The notes below the pieces were generated by a model that was given only the letters and a program-made list of their open reading frames with translations, did not search any database and was not told where the DNA came from. Below, in pieces: positions 62,340 through 64,000 of a stretch of DNA of 64,000 nt (its first letter is position 1; each line of letters opens with the position of its first letter). The stretch spans positions 1 through 64,000 of the forward strand of contig CAXXJV010000002.1 of assembly GCA_963663475.2 (NCBI GenBank), read 5' to 3'. The stretch comes from Candidatus Cloacimonadales bacterium (GTDB taxonomy: Bacteria > Cloacimonadota > Cloacimonadia > Cloacimonadales > JAFGVF01). The position numbers and the translations under genes are program-made.

Positions 62340-62699
62340 AAAAGGGTTGCTAATTCGCAACCCTTTTTTTGTGTGAAAACTAACAACTTAAACAATAATT
62401 CTTCAAATTTATTAATAAAATTTGACAACTAAAACAATATACAATTAATTGTACTAGTGAAGAGATGAAATTAAGAGGAATTGTGAATAATGATGCTTCG
62501 TTAAATCTGTTGTTATTGTTAACTATAAGGAATATAATATGATATAGATAAATGTGGTCATTTAGATTTCTGAAAAGTAGTTTTTTATATATAAGATTAA
62601 CAGGTAATGAAACAAGTGTAAATAGGTTTCAACAAGGAAATATATCAAACAAGCTATTTACATTAAGTAAAAATAACATAAAAAGAAAAGGAGTAAAAC

Positions 62700-63344
62700 A
62701 TGACAAGGAAAGTAGTTTTTTTAATAGTAATTTTAGGTATAGTATCACTTTTAAGTGCAACAGACAATATTAATTTTGGAGCTAAAGCTGGCTTGAATAT
62801 ATCTGATATTCACTATTCTAAAGATGCATTTATTGAACCTGATAAAAAATTTGATTTTGTATTGGGGGCATTCGTGGAATTTCAAGTTACCACCCAAGTC
62901 TATATTCAACCTGAATTATTGTACACTAAAAAAGGAGCAAGCTATGAGTCATCAGATTCTGGTGAAAATTATTCATCTAAGTGGGAAACAACTTGGGATA
63001 TTAGTTACCTGCAAATGCCAGTCCTCGCAAAGTTTAAACCTAATCAACTACTTGGCATTTATTTAGGTCCATCATTAGGGATTTTGTTGTCATCTGAAGA
63101 TGAATACGATACAAAACAAACAATGAATGGGGAAACTATTTCATCCACAGGAACTGAAGATATGAAAGATATTACAAGTTCAACAGATTTATCGTTAATT
63201 ATTGGTAGTGAATTTTATTATCAAAATTTTGTTTTTGATCTTCGTTATGATTTTGGATTAAGCAATATCTCTGATGTAGAAACCCTTAATGATGCTGAGC
63301 TTACTAATAGGACTTTATCATTATTAGTTGGATATACTTTCTAA
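62700..63344 (+). CDS. Porin/PorT-like outer-membrane beta-barrel
   Basis: FGAKAGLNIS, IQPELLYTKKG, YLQMPVL, DLRYDFGL, terminal VGYTF. Confidence 0.8.
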   Translation: MTRKVVFLIVILGIVSLLSATDNINFGAKAGLNISDIHYSKDAFIEPDKKFDFVLGAFVEFQVTTQVYIQPELLYTKKGASYESSDSGENYSSKWETTWDISYLQMPVLAKFKPNQLLGIYLGPSLGILLSSEDEYDTKQTMNGETISSTGTEDMKDITSSTDLSLIIGSEFYYQNFVFDLRYDFGLSNISDVETLNDAELTNRTLSLLVGYTF

Positions 63345-63467
63345 AAGCAAAAATCCTACTCAATGCTATAAAATACTTCTCTATAAAGTGCTCTACTTAA
63401 GAAGTTCTTTTAGAGAAAATATTTTAGAACACTCATATATTACAAAAAAGTTTATATGAGTGTTTTC

Positions 63468-64000
63468 TTATCTTACTAGTTCTAATAGACCAAAGAAATG
63501 GCAAATAGTTCCACCTAGAACAAAGATATGCCAGATGGGATGGTGATAGGGTAACTTTTTCCAAGCATAGAAAACTACTCCTAAAGAATAAGATGCTCCC
63601 CCAATAGCTAACCATAAAAAGAGGGAAGTAGGAAGAACTTTCATCATCCAATAGAGAAAACCTAAAAAAAGCCAGCCCATTGCTAAATAGATAGAGTTAG
63701 TTAAATGACTGGATTTCCCTTTAGTCAGACACTGTATTATAATACCAATTATAGTAAGACCCCAAATGATTCCAAATATAGTCCAGCCTAAGGCATTTCT
63801 CATAGCTAGGGTAATAGGTGTATAAGTTCCAGCTATAAAAAGATAGATTGCTGATTGATCAAATATGGAAAAAATGGTCTTTACTTTTTTATGAGTAATA
63901 CTATGAAATAGGGTAGAAGAAAGGTAGAGAGAAATTGAACCAAAGCCATATAAAGCATAGCCTACCACCATAAGAGGCTGATTAACTAATACTGCTTTAG
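63468..64000 (-). CDS. Hemolysin III/PAQR family membrane protein (5' end outside window)
   Basis: SSTLFH, DQSAIYLFIAGTYTP, YLAMGW, HPIWHIFVLGG..CHF. Confidence 0.9.
   Translation of the reverse strand, partial: KAVLVNQPLMVVGYALYGFGSISLYLSSTLFHSITHKKVKTIFSIFDQSAIYLFIAGTYTPITLAMRNALGWTIFGIIWGLTIIGIIIQCLTKGKSSHLTNSIYLAMGWLFLGFLYWMMKVLPTSLFLWLAIGGASYSLGVVFYAWKKLPYHHPIWHIFVLGGTICHFFGLLELVR

Overview
AT-rich bacterial chromosome, most likely Candidatus Cloacimonadota (Kce/Kat lysine-fermentation genes; many secreted proteins with a C-terminal YPNP...IYNIKGQ...SG(I/V)Y sorting-type domain). Positions 1-14151 are one end of a Mu-like transposable prophage: a TG...CA-type end at 14151 with four transposase-binding-like repeats, a repressor/Cro switch, a 678-aa DDE transposase, early genes (GemA-like, DUF3164, initiator-type domain), a MuF protein with a toxin-like extension, and a convergent portal/neck module running off the left edge. 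The prophage is unusual. No MuB-type ATPase is visible, two small genes are stand-alone copies of transposase subdomains (one stops exactly before the catalytic Glu), an inverted copy of the end sequence lies internally at 2404-2439, antisense genes overlap early genes, and REP-like palindromes are translated inside proteins. The rest is host DNA: iorAB, SulP, pruA, a disrupted S8 protease with three tandem secreted paralogs, rpmH-rnpA-yidD-yidC-jag, BtuF/C-like genes, malQ, plsY, yggS, a secreted S8 protease and deiminase, udg, probable rpoZ, gmk, gcvH, hslO, thiolase, an HNH gene, kat-kce and a peroxiredoxin. Intergenic DNA holds several MITE/REP families and two 77-bp covarying palindromes with 11-bp periodic arms, one upstream of a small basic protein gene. 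All family assignments come from motif recognition by eye, and all identities are hand counts.
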